Part shown: positions 1 through 9,748 of the stretch, piece after piece
Numbering within the stretch: position 1 is the first letter of the stretch
How the letters are laid out: each line of letters begins with the position of its first letter
Source: Gemmatimonadaceae bacterium
GTDB taxonomy: Bacteria; Gemmatimonadota; Gemmatimonadetes; Gemmatimonadales; Gemmatimonadaceae
NCBI GenBank assembly: GCA_044224875.1
Contig: JBGAJQ010000006.1
Span: 64,001 to 128,000 of the forward strand
Reading direction: 5' to 3'
Length of the DNA: 64,000 nucleotides
Notes under the pieces: generated by a model
The model's database searches: none
The model's input: only the letters and a program-made list of their open reading frames with translations
Told to the model about the DNA's origin: nothing
Translations under genes and position numbers: made by a program

Positions 1-17
1 CAGCGCCACCGCGCGAG

Positions 18-1817
18 TTGGCATCGCGGGCGGTTCGGGTGCGCGAGATCCTCCTGCTGTGGTTCTTCTGGTCGCTGGTAACAGCGGCGTGGCACGTCAA
101 CAAGATGACCATCAAGCAGTACATCCTGCATCGGTTCACGTGGGCGCCCCGGGACCTGTTATGGATGTCGCCGGTCGGAAACTTGATCATGATCGGCATT
201 CCGACCGTGATCCTGGTGATCCTGGCCTTGGTCTCGCCGCGACTGGTCCCTCGCTGGCTGGCGGCCTTTATCCCGGCCTTTCTGGCGTCGATCGGCATGA
301 TCCTCATTGTGCCGGGACTCGAGAACTACGCGATCTGGGTGCTGGCGTTAGGCGTAGGCGCACAAACTGCTCGAGTCATCGGGGGGGCGTCGGGCGTACG
401 CTGGCTCCCGCGACTCAAGGTCGCTTCGGTCGTGCTCGCCGCGCTGTTCCTCGTCGTCGGTACCGCAAGTCGCGTGTGGCGCAACACGGCGGAGTGGCGG
501 TGGGACCGTGGAGCGGCCGCCGCGCCAGCTGGCGCGCCCAATGTGCTGATCCTGCTGTTGGACACGGTGCGCGCGCAGAGCCTGGGCCTGTACGGCTACA
601 CGCGTGCCACGTCGCCGTCGATTGATTCACTCGTGCCTGACGCGACAGTCTTCAATCAGGCGTTCGCGACCGCTGGATGGACGCTGCCCTCGCACTGCTC
701 CTTCTTCACCGGGCGCTATCCGGCGAACCATTCCTGCCGTTGGGAAGACGCACTCGATGCGACGCCGCGGACTGTGGCGGAGGTCTTCCGCGATCACGGA
801 TATCGCACGGCGGGCTTCGCGGCGAACCTCTTTTACACGACGCACGAGACCGGCATTGCCCGTGGCTTCAATCGGTGGGAGGACTTCAAGGTCAGCTTCA
901 AGCAGATCCTCTGCTCGTCCACCCTGGCTCAAACGGCAATGGTGCGCAACACCGTCTGGGACACGTTGGCGACGGATCGCTACGAGGCGCTCCGGCTCTT
1001 CCTCTTAAAGGGTGATCCCAAACCGGAGGTCGACCGTCGGAGCGCGCGTGAAGTGGCCACGCCGTTCATCAACTGGTTAGGCAGCGATGCCAAGCGCCCG
1101 TTTTTTGCCTACCTGAACTTCTTCGATGCGCACGAGCCGTATGCACCCGCGGAAGGGTATGCCGCCCATTTCGTCAAGGAAAAGCCGTCGGAGAAGGACC
1201 GGTACGACGGAGGCATTGCGTTCATGGATAACCAGGTGGGACGCGTCCTCGGCGAGCTACGCCAGCGCGGCATCCTCGATAACACGCTGGTGGTCGTGAT
1301 GGGGGACCACGGGGAACAGTTCGGGGAGCACAGTCTGAGCACCCATGGCAACAGCCTGTACATCCAACTGCTGCACGTGCCGCTCCTGATGCGGTTACCA
1401 GGGAAGGTCCCAGCCGGAGTGCGTGTGGATCGGGCCGTGACCCTTCGCGATTTCCCAAGGACCTTGTTGGACGTGGCTGGCATCCAGGACACGAAGGGGA
1501 TCTTTGGAAGCTCACTCCTCCCGGCGATCACTGACTCGAGCAAGGTAACGAGCGCCATCATCGCTGAGACCGAGCAGACGGCCAAGTGGAACGGAGTGCC
1601 AACTCATTTTGCCGCCATGTCGTCCGCGCTGGACCAGCAGTACCACTACATCAAGGGGTACAAGGGTCAGGAATGGCTGTTCGACTTCCGCGCTGATCCG
1701 CAGGAAGAGAAGGATCTCGTGGCGGACAGCGCGCAGGCGGCGACATTGGAACGAATGCGCGCGGAGCTGGCCAACCACGGCAAGACCAGCAAGGCGCCGG
1801 CGCCCGAGAGCAAGTAG
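18..1817 (+). CDS. Membrane-anchored sulfatase-like (alkaline phosphatase superfamily) hydrolase/transferase, paralog 1; may be 5'-truncated
   Basis: About 5 N-terminal hydrophobic helices, then PNVLILLLDTVR, WTLPSHCSFFTG, YLNFFDAHEPY, GDHGE, HGNSLY. The frame is open to the window edge. Confidence 0.85.
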   Translation: MASRAVRVREILLLWFFWSLVTAAWHVNKMTIKQYILHRFTWAPRDLLWMSPVGNLIMIGIPTVILVILALVSPRLVPRWLAAFIPAFLASIGMILIVPGLENYAIWVLALGVGAQTARVIGGASGVRWLPRLKVASVVLAALFLVVGTASRVWRNTAEWRWDRGAAAAPAGAPNVLILLLDTVRAQSLGLYGYTRATSPSIDSLVPDATVFNQAFATAGWTLPSHCSFFTGRYPANHSCRWEDALDATPRTVAEVFRDHGYRTAGFAANLFYTTHETGIARGFNRWEDFKVSFKQILCSSTLAQTAMVRNTVWDTLATDRYEALRLFLLKGDPKPEVDRRSAREVATPFINWLGSDAKRPFFAYLNFFDAHEPYAPAEGYAAHFVKEKPSEKDRYDGGIAFMDNQVGRVLGELRQRGILDNTLVVVMGDHGEQFGEHSLSTHGNSLYIQLLHVPLLMRLPGKVPAGVRVDRAVTLRDFPRTLLDVAGIQDTKGIFGSSLLPAITDSSKVTSAIIAETEQTAKWNGVPTHFAAMSSALDQQYHYIKGYKGQEWLFDFRADPQEEKDLVADSAQAATLERMRAELANHGKTSKAPAPESK

Positions 1818-1860
1818 CGCCGAGCGGAGCGCCCGTCGCGGCGTAGACCGGGGCGACGGC

Positions 1861-3876
1861 CTAACGTGAAGTTGGCGTGTTTGGAGTGGAGGCCGGTGCG
1901 TTGCCGCCTGCCTCGCCGCCGGTGGCCGGCAGCGGCGTCGTGAGCCGCGCCAAGGTATCGGTCACCGTTTGTGCCGTGGAGGCGATGCACGCCCGGTCGT
2001 GTTGCACAGAGCGCGTACCGCCCGAGTCACGGCAGGCGAGCCACGGTCGGAAGGGCGTCCACGGGTTTGGCCAGCGAATCGGCGCCCACGCCCCGTCATC
2101 CGTGATGAACCCCGCGGCAATGTCAGCGGGATTTCGCAGTCGAAGGTTTGGCGCGGGATGCGGCGTACACATGACGGACGATTGCCAGCACAGGTTGTTC
2201 TGCCGCGGCACGACTACGGCAAGTCCCGAGCGCGTGGTGTAGCTGACGAGATCGGCGCGAGCCGGTGGATGAAACCCAAAGTCTTCGCCGGGCGGTATGA
2301 TCTGGCCGGCGATGGCCCGAACGCCCCCGCGTTTGTTGGAGGGTCCGCCGCTGCCGGCGACCGCCAGACTCCCCACCGTGATCGCAAGGCATGCACCAAG
2401 GAACACGCCGATTCGTCGCATGAATCCCTGATGCAATGCCTCGTTGACCTGCAGCGTGGCGATCAGTGCGGCCCCTACCGCGGCGGTCATGATCCACAAC
2501 GGTCCCATGCCAAATCGCGGATGTGGTGCCGCAAAGAACCAAAAGACCACGCCGGCCGCTGCAGGGAGCAGCAGCAGCCAGGGTCGCCCGTCGTCAGGGC
2601 CAACGCGGGCACGACGCCGGATCAAGAGCGCCACGCCGAGAACCGCCGTCAGAAAGACGGGGATCGGTACCATGAAGATGAACTGGACGTCCGTGAGCAA
2701 CTCGTAGGTCCACGACCCGATCCAGTCAAAGCCGGCTACAATGCGATTGTGGTTCAACTCGTGCGCGCTCATGCGAATCCACGCCGCCTCGGCCCGCGCC
2801 TGTGCGACGGGCACGCGCCAGACGACCGGAAACCCGAACAGCGTGGACGGATACACCGGGTATCCACTGAGGATGACGCCCCGCGCCATCCATACGAAGC
2901 CCATGAGCACGGGCGCGAGCGTCGCGAGCACGCCAACCGGCAGTCGGCGTCGGAGCGCATCCCGGAACGTCCACAACGCGGCGAGAAAGAGGGCAGCCGA
3001 CAACACGACGGCGCTCAGCTTCGCGCAAATTGCGGCCGCAACCACCAGGGCGATCGTCGCGAAGTGGCTTCGCTGCACGTCGTCGCCGACTGTCCCTGGA
3101 GCCGTCAGTGATCGGTGCAAGCGGGACGCGGCCGCCATCAACATCAGGGCGACCGGCATATCGGTGTCGAGCGAGCTGATTTCACTGCCGATCAGCAGTC
3201 CCGCGACCGGTATCAGAAGAAGTGCATCGAAGACATCGGCTCGGCTGGGTTTGATCCGCGGTGAAGTCAGGTGCGACCACGCGAGCACTCCCTGCAGGCC
3301 AAACACGATGAGGAGGAGGCTGTTGGCAACGTGGAAGGAGCGCTCACTCAACGGTCCATGGTCCAGCATTGCGGCGAACAACAAACCGGCCGAGTTGAAT
3401 GCCAGCCTGCCATGGAGATTTCCCAGGCCAGGAACCACGGGGTAAGACTTCGCCCAATTCACCACCGGCAGGTGGTACATGCCACTGTCGTACAGGGTCA
3501 CGGGCCCAATGGCATGGTTTGCGGTCCAGAGCAGGAGAACGACGGTCAGTGCGACGCCCACGCGCACGCCTTGCCACGGCCGCGTGGCGAGCCAGCCTTC
3601 TAGAGATGGGCGTTGCGTGACGAGGCCCACGAGACCTAACGAGATGACCAGCGTCAGCGAGATCGCATTCACTGGCAGCCACAGATTCCACAGCTGCAGT
3701 AAGAACAGGGAGGCTGCTAGGCCGCCCCAAAAAGCGAAGAGCACCTGATGGGGTCCGGCTGGGGCCGCTGTAAACAAGCGCCGGTACGCCAGCCCTAACC
3801 CCACCAACGCGAGTCCCACGATGGCCCAAGTCCCTATGACGGCGGCTTGCGCGACGACAAATTGAAGGAGGGTCAT
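1861..3876 (-). CDS. Polytopic membrane protein, LIC_10190-like / putative GT-C glycosyltransferase
   Basis: More than 12 TM segments; LYDSGMYH...VVPGLGNLHGRLAFN loop; Cys-containing C-terminal domain; paralog of 13337-15244. Confidence 0.7.
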   Translation of the reverse strand: MTLLQFVVAQAAVIGTWAIVGLALVGLGLAYRRLFTAAPAGPHQVLFAFWGGLAASLFLLQLWNLWLPVNAISLTLVISLGLVGLVTQRPSLEGWLATRPWQGVRVGVALTVVLLLWTANHAIGPVTLYDSGMYHLPVVNWAKSYPVVPGLGNLHGRLAFNSAGLLFAAMLDHGPLSERSFHVANSLLLIVFGLQGVLAWSHLTSPRIKPSRADVFDALLLIPVAGLLIGSEISSLDTDMPVALMLMAAASRLHRSLTAPGTVGDDVQRSHFATIALVVAAAICAKLSAVVLSAALFLAALWTFRDALRRRLPVGVLATLAPVLMGFVWMARGVILSGYPVYPSTLFGFPVVWRVPVAQARAEAAWIRMSAHELNHNRIVAGFDWIGSWTYELLTDVQFIFMVPIPVFLTAVLGVALLIRRRARVGPDDGRPWLLLLPAAAGVVFWFFAAPHPRFGMGPLWIMTAAVGAALIATLQVNEALHQGFMRRIGVFLGACLAITVGSLAVAGSGGPSNKRGGVRAIAGQIIPPGEDFGFHPPARADLVSYTTRSGLAVVVPRQNNLCWQSSVMCTPHPAPNLRLRNPADIAAGFITDDGAWAPIRWPNPWTPFRPWLACRDSGGTRSVQHDRACIASTAQTVTDTLARLTTPLPATGGEAGGNAPASTPNTPTSR

Positions 3877-4257
3877 CCGGGTCGAGTGGGATTTTCGGGA
3901 AGTTCGGCTGGTCTAGCAGACGAGCTGATTGCCGCTAGGGAGCATCCGCAATTGGCGTTCCGGGCGTGCGGTTGTGATGGGGCAATCGACTCTGCCCAAA
4001 CGACATACGAATGCAGGGTGGCGTGACTCAGACGCCAGTGACCCAGTCCTTTCCGGGGAATTGGGAGGGGTCGCGGTGCCGGATTTGCGTATGGATCGGT
4101 CGAAAGCTCGGCTGCAGTCCCCCCATTCAGTTGCCATTTGAGAAATCGCCGCGGCGGGACCGATTCCTGCAGCGGCGACTGCGTTCTCGAAGCGGGTCCC
4201 TTCGAATTCCAAGTCCACTGGCTTTTATGAGCGTACGTCGTGGGTAGTCCTGTTTCA

Positions 4258-6090
4258 ATGAATGCCGACCGTGGCCGCCCAAGAGAAGTTCTGGGTTTGG
4301 CAGTCACGGGGGCGCTGCTTTCCGCGGCGATTTATGTCGGCGTTGTTGGCTATCGCCACTTTGTCGCGCAGACGTTTGTCCCTGCCAGTCGCGATTCGGC
4401 GTGGATGTCGCCGTTGTCGTACTTGCTGTTCTTCCTCATTCCAGCGCTTCCGGTCGCCCTCTTCGTTCGCCGGCGCACCCGGTCGCAGGGAGTGAGGGCC
4501 GGGGTGATTCTGTCGGTCGGCCTAACGGTGTTTGCCGTGCTCTTGCCACAGACGGCGATCCATCGGGTGGCGGCCGTGGTACTCGCCATCGGCGCCGGCA
4601 TTGCTGTGGCGCGGGTCGTGGCGTCGCGTCCGGATGCATGGATGCCAAGGATTCGCGCATTTCGCCGGATACTGCTGGCCGTCGTGGTGGTGGTGGGTGT
4701 GACGAGTCCGGCGTATCGCGCCTGGTCCACGCGCCGCGCGTACGCGGCCTTGCCGCCGCTGGCGGATGGCGCGGCACCTAACGTCTTGTTGATCATTCTC
4801 GACACCGTGCGTGCGGCCTCGCTCAGTTTGTATGGATACGAGCGGCCCACCACGCCGGAGATCGACGCCTTCGCGAAGCGCGGCGTGGTGTTCGATTGGG
4901 CGATGTCGGCGTCGCCGTGGACGTTGCCGTCTCACGCGTCGATGATGACGGGGCAGTACGTTGGGCGATTGTCCACCGGATTCACGCAAACCCTCGACGC
5001 AGCGGAACCGACCATCGCCGAACTGTTTCAGGCGCGAGGCTATGAGACGGTTGGCGTGATTGCGAACCAGCATTACACCGCGTGGGACTCGGGACTGCAA
5101 CGCGGCTTTCTGTACTACTCCGACTTTCCGCGCACGTTCGTGCAGCTCTTGAAGAGTTCGTGGTACGGGCAAACCGTCATCGCCAACGACCTGTATCGGG
5201 CACGCTCGTTCAACGATGTGCTGAAGACGCTTCGCCAGTTCAAACTATACGTGGTGCCAAAACCCGCCGGGGATGAGCACACGGCGACCGATATTACGAC
5301 GGACTTTCTGGCTTGGCATTCCAAGCGCCAGGCGCGTCCGTACTTTGCGTTCCTGAACTACTACGACGCGCACGCTCCCTACACTCCCACCAGGAAGTGG
5401 CGCAACAAGTTCTCGCAGGCTCCCAAGTCGAAGGACCTGTACGAAGCCGAGATCGCCTACATCGATTCCGAGGTCGGGCGATTGCTCAGGACCCTCGAGT
5501 CGCGTGGGGCGCTGAAAAACACAGTCGTTGTGATCACGGCGGACCATGGAGAGCAGTTTGGCGAACACAAGCTGCACGGGCACGGCAACAGCGTGTATCT
5601 CCCCTTGCTGCATGTACCCCTGGTGGTGGTGAATCCGGAGCAGGTGCCGGCAGGGGTGCGCGTGCCGCGCACGGTGTCGTTGCGCGACCTGCCGGCCACA
5701 CTCGCGCAGCTGACGGGGCTGGACGCCGAGGTGCAGCTGCCGGGAACGACTCTCGCACCGTTCTGGACCTCCGATAGCACGGCCCGTGGGAGCACGGCGC
5801 TCTCGGAGTTGTATCGCTCGGACGACCTCACTCCTCCCACCGACATTCAGCGATCGCGACAGTACGCCGTGGTCGACGACACGTGGCACCTGGTGTGGCG
5901 CACAAACGCGAAGCCGGAGTTGTACGGGTACCGCGGCGACATGCTGGAGACCAAGAACCAGGCCGACTCCTCGAACGGTCCAACGTTGGTGCAGGCGATG
6001 CAAGCTCGGCTGAAAGAGGAACTTGCACGAGACACGGTACGGACGGTCATTGACCGGCGCCGCGCGGTCTCAACGCGTCCCATCCCGTAA
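4258..6090 (+). CDS. Membrane-anchored sulfatase-like transferase/hydrolase, paralog 2
   Basis: TM N-terminus; PNVLLIILDTVR, WTLPSHASMMTG, ADHGE, HGNSVY; alternative GTG start at 4240. Confidence 0.85.
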   Translation: MNADRGRPREVLGLAVTGALLSAAIYVGVVGYRHFVAQTFVPASRDSAWMSPLSYLLFFLIPALPVALFVRRRTRSQGVRAGVILSVGLTVFAVLLPQTAIHRVAAVVLAIGAGIAVARVVASRPDAWMPRIRAFRRILLAVVVVVGVTSPAYRAWSTRRAYAALPPLADGAAPNVLLIILDTVRAASLSLYGYERPTTPEIDAFAKRGVVFDWAMSASPWTLPSHASMMTGQYVGRLSTGFTQTLDAAEPTIAELFQARGYETVGVIANQHYTAWDSGLQRGFLYYSDFPRTFVQLLKSSWYGQTVIANDLYRARSFNDVLKTLRQFKLYVVPKPAGDEHTATDITTDFLAWHSKRQARPYFAFLNYYDAHAPYTPTRKWRNKFSQAPKSKDLYEAEIAYIDSEVGRLLRTLESRGALKNTVVVITADHGEQFGEHKLHGHGNSVYLPLLHVPLVVVNPEQVPAGVRVPRTVSLRDLPATLAQLTGLDAEVQLPGTTLAPFWTSDSTARGSTALSELYRSDDLTPPTDIQRSRQYAVVDDTWHLVWRTNAKPELYGYRGDMLETKNQADSSNGPTLVQAMQARLKEELARDTVRTVIDRRRAVSTRPIP

Positions 6091-6096
6091 CTGCGC

Positions 6097-7923
6097 ATGG
6101 CAACCAGACAGACCCTGATGCAGAAAGTTCGCGACGTGCTGTGGATCTACGGCGGGACAGCCATGGTGGCGACCCTGTACTTCCTGCTGCGGTCAGCGGG
6201 TTACCTGACGATTGGCGGAGGATTTGCGACCGTCAGCCGCGACGTGCTGTGGATGGCTCCACTCTCGCACCTGTTCTTCTTCGCCCCCTTTGCGGTTCTG
6301 GCCGCTGCGGTGTCCCTGGTGGTGTCTCGCGACACGGGGGTGCGAGGCGCCGTTCTCATCCTCGGCACGCTGGTCGTTTTTGGCGCGCTGATGCCGTGGA
6401 CACAACTCACGCGCCTGGCTGCGTTGCTGCTGTCGATTGGGTTCACCGTGCAGCTGATGCGGTTGTTGCCGAAGGACGCCGATCGCCTGGTGGCGCTGGG
6501 ACGCCGATGGACCGTCGGCATGCTGACGCTTTGCGCCGGTCTGGCGATCGTCGTTGGTGTTGGCCGATGGTTCTCGCATCGTCGCGCCGTGTCGGCCTTG
6601 CCGGCTGCTCCGACCGGCGCCCCGAATGTCCTGCTGATCATCCTCGATACCGTGCGTGGGTCGGGGTTGAGCCTGTACGGCTACTCGCGCCAGACGTCGC
6701 CTGAACTCGATGCCTTCGCCAAGGGAGGAACGGTCTTCGAAACCGCCATCTCGGCGGCGCCGTGGACGTTGCCCTCGCACGCGTCGATGTTCACCGGGCG
6801 CTACCCAGCCTGGTTGAGCACGGACTTCGAGCGAAAACTCGATCGCAAGGAACCAACGCTGGCGGAGGTCCTGAGCCGCGCGGGATACTCGACCGTCGGG
6901 ATCGCGGCCAACATGGGCTACGCGAGCTGGGAATCGGGACTGGAGCGCGGTTTCGTCGAGTACCACGACTACCCGGTCAATCTCGAGCAGATCCTGCGAT
7001 CGTCCCTTTATGGATCCTCGACGATCGCTGACCGATGGTACCGGGCGAAGTCGAACCAGGAAAAATTGCAGCTGATCAAGCAGGCCCGTTTTGACGTGAT
7101 GCCGAAGCATGCGCACTACTTGATGGATGCCCGCGAGGTCACGGACAAGTTCCTGGATTGGCGTTCGCACCGGGATGCCGCACGTCCGTATTTTGCGTTC
7201 CTCAACTACTTCGACGCGCACGATCCCTACACGCCACCGGATTCCTTGCGTCGCAAGTTCGCGAAGCCGCCCAAGCAGCGCGACTTGTACGACGCCGAGA
7301 TCTACTTCATGGACAGCCAGTTGGGCCGCCTGTTCAAGGAGCTGGAGAGTCGCGGTGACCTCAAGAACACGCTGGTGATCGTGTCGGCCGACCATGGCGA
7401 GCACTTTGGTGAGCGCGGATTGATTCGGCACGCAAACAGCGTGTACACGCCGCTGGTGCACGTACCGCTCGTGCTTCGCTTCGATGGCAAGGTGCCGGCG
7501 GGGCAGCGTGTGGAGAAGCCAGTTTCGCTGCGCGACATTGGGAAGACCATTCTTGACTTGGCGGGTCTTCAGGGCAGGACGGCATTTCCAGGCGCTTCAC
7601 TCGCTCATGCCTGGTCGGCGACGCCGGACTCGTTGAGTGCGCCGATTGCCCTGTTGAGTCGCGTGAGCGAGGACGATCCGTCGCAGCCGGCGGGCGATTC
7701 CACCATGATTGGCGCGTTCGACGCGCAGTGGCACCTGGTGCGCGTCTCACCGCGGGCGATGGAGGAGATGTTCCAGTACAAGCGGGACACGAACGAGACC
7801 GAGAACCTGATTGGCTCCGACTCGGCGCGCGTGGTGGCGCCGGTGCTGCGGGACTTGATGAAGTCGGCGATGCTGGCTGACCGTCCAACGCATCGCGTCC
7901 CTGCGCCAAAGGGAAAGAAGTGA
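6097..7923 (+). CDS. Membrane-anchored sulfatase-like transferase/hydrolase, paralog 3
   Basis: TM N-terminus; PNVLLIILDTVR, WTLPSHASMFTG, ADHGE, HANSVY. Confidence 0.85.
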   Translation: MATRQTLMQKVRDVLWIYGGTAMVATLYFLLRSAGYLTIGGGFATVSRDVLWMAPLSHLFFFAPFAVLAAAVSLVVSRDTGVRGAVLILGTLVVFGALMPWTQLTRLAALLLSIGFTVQLMRLLPKDADRLVALGRRWTVGMLTLCAGLAIVVGVGRWFSHRRAVSALPAAPTGAPNVLLIILDTVRGSGLSLYGYSRQTSPELDAFAKGGTVFETAISAAPWTLPSHASMFTGRYPAWLSTDFERKLDRKEPTLAEVLSRAGYSTVGIAANMGYASWESGLERGFVEYHDYPVNLEQILRSSLYGSSTIADRWYRAKSNQEKLQLIKQARFDVMPKHAHYLMDAREVTDKFLDWRSHRDAARPYFAFLNYFDAHDPYTPPDSLRRKFAKPPKQRDLYDAEIYFMDSQLGRLFKELESRGDLKNTLVIVSADHGEHFGERGLIRHANSVYTPLVHVPLVLRFDGKVPAGQRVEKPVSLRDIGKTILDLAGLQGRTAFPGASLAHAWSATPDSLSAPIALLSRVSEDDPSQPAGDSTMIGAFDAQWHLVRVSPRAMEEMFQYKRDTNETENLIGSDSARVVAPVLRDLMKSAMLADRPTHRVPAPKGKK

Positions 7924-7939
7924 CCAGCGTGGCGCGGTC

Positions 7940-9748
7940 GTGACCGATCAGCGACCGGAGCAGGGCCAAGGCGCGGCCCGCTTGTTCGACGTCCTCTCTC
8001 TGGCCCTGTGTGCCGCGACGCTTGCGGCGCTGGCCCGCGTTGCCGCGGTGTTTGTCCGTGGACGACTCCTGCACCAGTTCACGTGGGTCTCGTCCGACTT
8101 GCCGTGGATGACGCTGGTTGGCAACACCATCATCTTCCTCGGTATCGCGCTCGTATGGCTGGTCGCGGGGCGGTGGTGGGCGCCAGCGCGCCGGTTGACC
8201 ACGATCACGGGAGTTCTGGGCCTGCTGTTGGCCCTCAGCATCACGTTGCTCGTGACGGAGATCTGGCAGTATGCATCGCTGGCACTCTCGTTAGGTGTGG
8301 CGTACCAACTGGTGCGACGGGCACGACATGCGCCGCAGGTGCTGGTGCGACGGGCCCGCCAGGCGACCGTCCTCGCACTCGTGCCGATGTCGCTGGCAGT
8401 GGCGCGCGCCGTTCGTTCGCGTGGAGACGTGCCGCCTCCCGCGACGACGGGCACGAGTGACACCGTGCCTAACGTACTCTTGATCATTCTCGACACGGTC
8501 CGGGCATCGAGCACCAGTCTGTTCGGCTATGCGCTGCGCACCACGCCGGTGCTCGATTCGATCGCGCGCGAGAGCGTCGTCTTTGACCGGGCCGTCGCCA
8601 CTGCGTCGTGGACGCTGCCGTCGCACTGTTCGCTGTTCACGGGCCGCGATGCCCAGCTCACGTCGTGCCGTTGGATGGCGCCGCTCGATACCACGGGGAC
8701 GACCCTCGCCGAGATCCTGCGGAGTCGCGGCGTTCGAACTGGCGGGTTCGTTGCCAATCACTTCTACACCACGCGTGAAACTGGCCTCGCGCGGGGATTC
8801 GATCGGTGGATGGACTTTCAGCGCACGTGGAAGGAGATCTTCTGCAGCACCGTGTTGGCGCAGACGGGAATTGTCCGAAGCGCGCTCTGGGGTGATTCAC
8901 CACGGCAACGCCTGAGCGGTCTCCTCCGTCTTCGCCTGCGCGGTGACCCAAAGCCGGAGCATGACCGAAAAGACGCTGCGACCGTCAACCGCGATTTTCT
9001 CGCTTGGGTGGACGAGGACCGTAGCCGCCCGTTCTTCGGGTTCCTCAATTACTTCGACGCCCACGATCCATATCGTGCGCCGCCACCGTTCGATCGAGCG
9101 TTCCCCGAGGCGGCCCACAACCGCAACGCCTACGACGGTGGCATCGCCTACATGGACCACCAGATCGGCGCGCTCCTGGAGGCGCTGAAGAACCGAGGAG
9201 TCCTCGATCGGACCATCGTGGTGATTGCGTCCGACCACGGTGAACTCTTTGGGGAGCATGACCTGTATGGTCATGGCAACTCGCTGTATTGGCCGCTCTT
9301 GCACGTTCCGCTGATGATTCGGTATCCGTCGCACGTCCCCGCGGGACATCGCGTGCCAGCCTCCGTATCGCTGCGCGATGTTCCCTCGACAGTTCTCGAC
9401 CTCGCGGGCGTTGCCGATCCGCGGATGCCTGGTCGTTCGCTCGTTCCGACATGGCAGGATTCCAGTCAGGCGGTAGTGAGTGCGGCCGTCGCGTTCGTCG
9501 AGAAGGGGACGAACTGGTGGGGCAAGGAGCCGGCGCGATTCGACTCCTTGTCATCGATCACTGTCGGCTCGTTGCAGCTGGTAGCGTCGGCTGCTGGTCG
9601 CGAGGAGTTGTTTGACTTGACGGCGGATCCCCTGGGAGAACGAGATCAGTCACAGAGTGACACGCTCGTTGCGCCGCGCACCCGGTTGCGCGAGGCATTG
9701 CGTCGCGCATCGTCGCCAACTCCCACCACCCAGGCGACGCTCCGCTGA
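7940..9748 (+). CDS. Membrane-anchored sulfatase-like transferase/hydrolase, paralog 4
   Basis: TM N-terminus; PNVLLIILDTVR, WTLPSHCSLFTG, SDHGE, HGNSLY. Confidence 0.85.
   Translation: MTDQRPEQGQGAARLFDVLSLALCAATLAALARVAAVFVRGRLLHQFTWVSSDLPWMTLVGNTIIFLGIALVWLVAGRWWAPARRLTTITGVLGLLLALSITLLVTEIWQYASLALSLGVAYQLVRRARHAPQVLVRRARQATVLALVPMSLAVARAVRSRGDVPPPATTGTSDTVPNVLLIILDTVRASSTSLFGYALRTTPVLDSIARESVVFDRAVATASWTLPSHCSLFTGRDAQLTSCRWMAPLDTTGTTLAEILRSRGVRTGGFVANHFYTTRETGLARGFDRWMDFQRTWKEIFCSTVLAQTGIVRSALWGDSPRQRLSGLLRLRLRGDPKPEHDRKDAATVNRDFLAWVDEDRSRPFFGFLNYFDAHDPYRAPPPFDRAFPEAAHNRNAYDGGIAYMDHQIGALLEALKNRGVLDRTIVVIASDHGELFGEHDLYGHGNSLYWPLLHVPLMIRYPSHVPAGHRVPASVSLRDVPSTVLDLAGVADPRMPGRSLVPTWQDSSQAVVSAAVAFVEKGTNWWGKEPARFDSLSSITVGSLQLVASAAGREELFDLTADPLGERDQSQSDTLVAPRTRLREALRRASSPTPTTQATLR

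Noticed and set aside
9469..9480. GGCGGTAG ops/JUMPstart-like sequence
   Set aside because: Lies inside a CDS, lacks the nnTG continuation and is not in a leader
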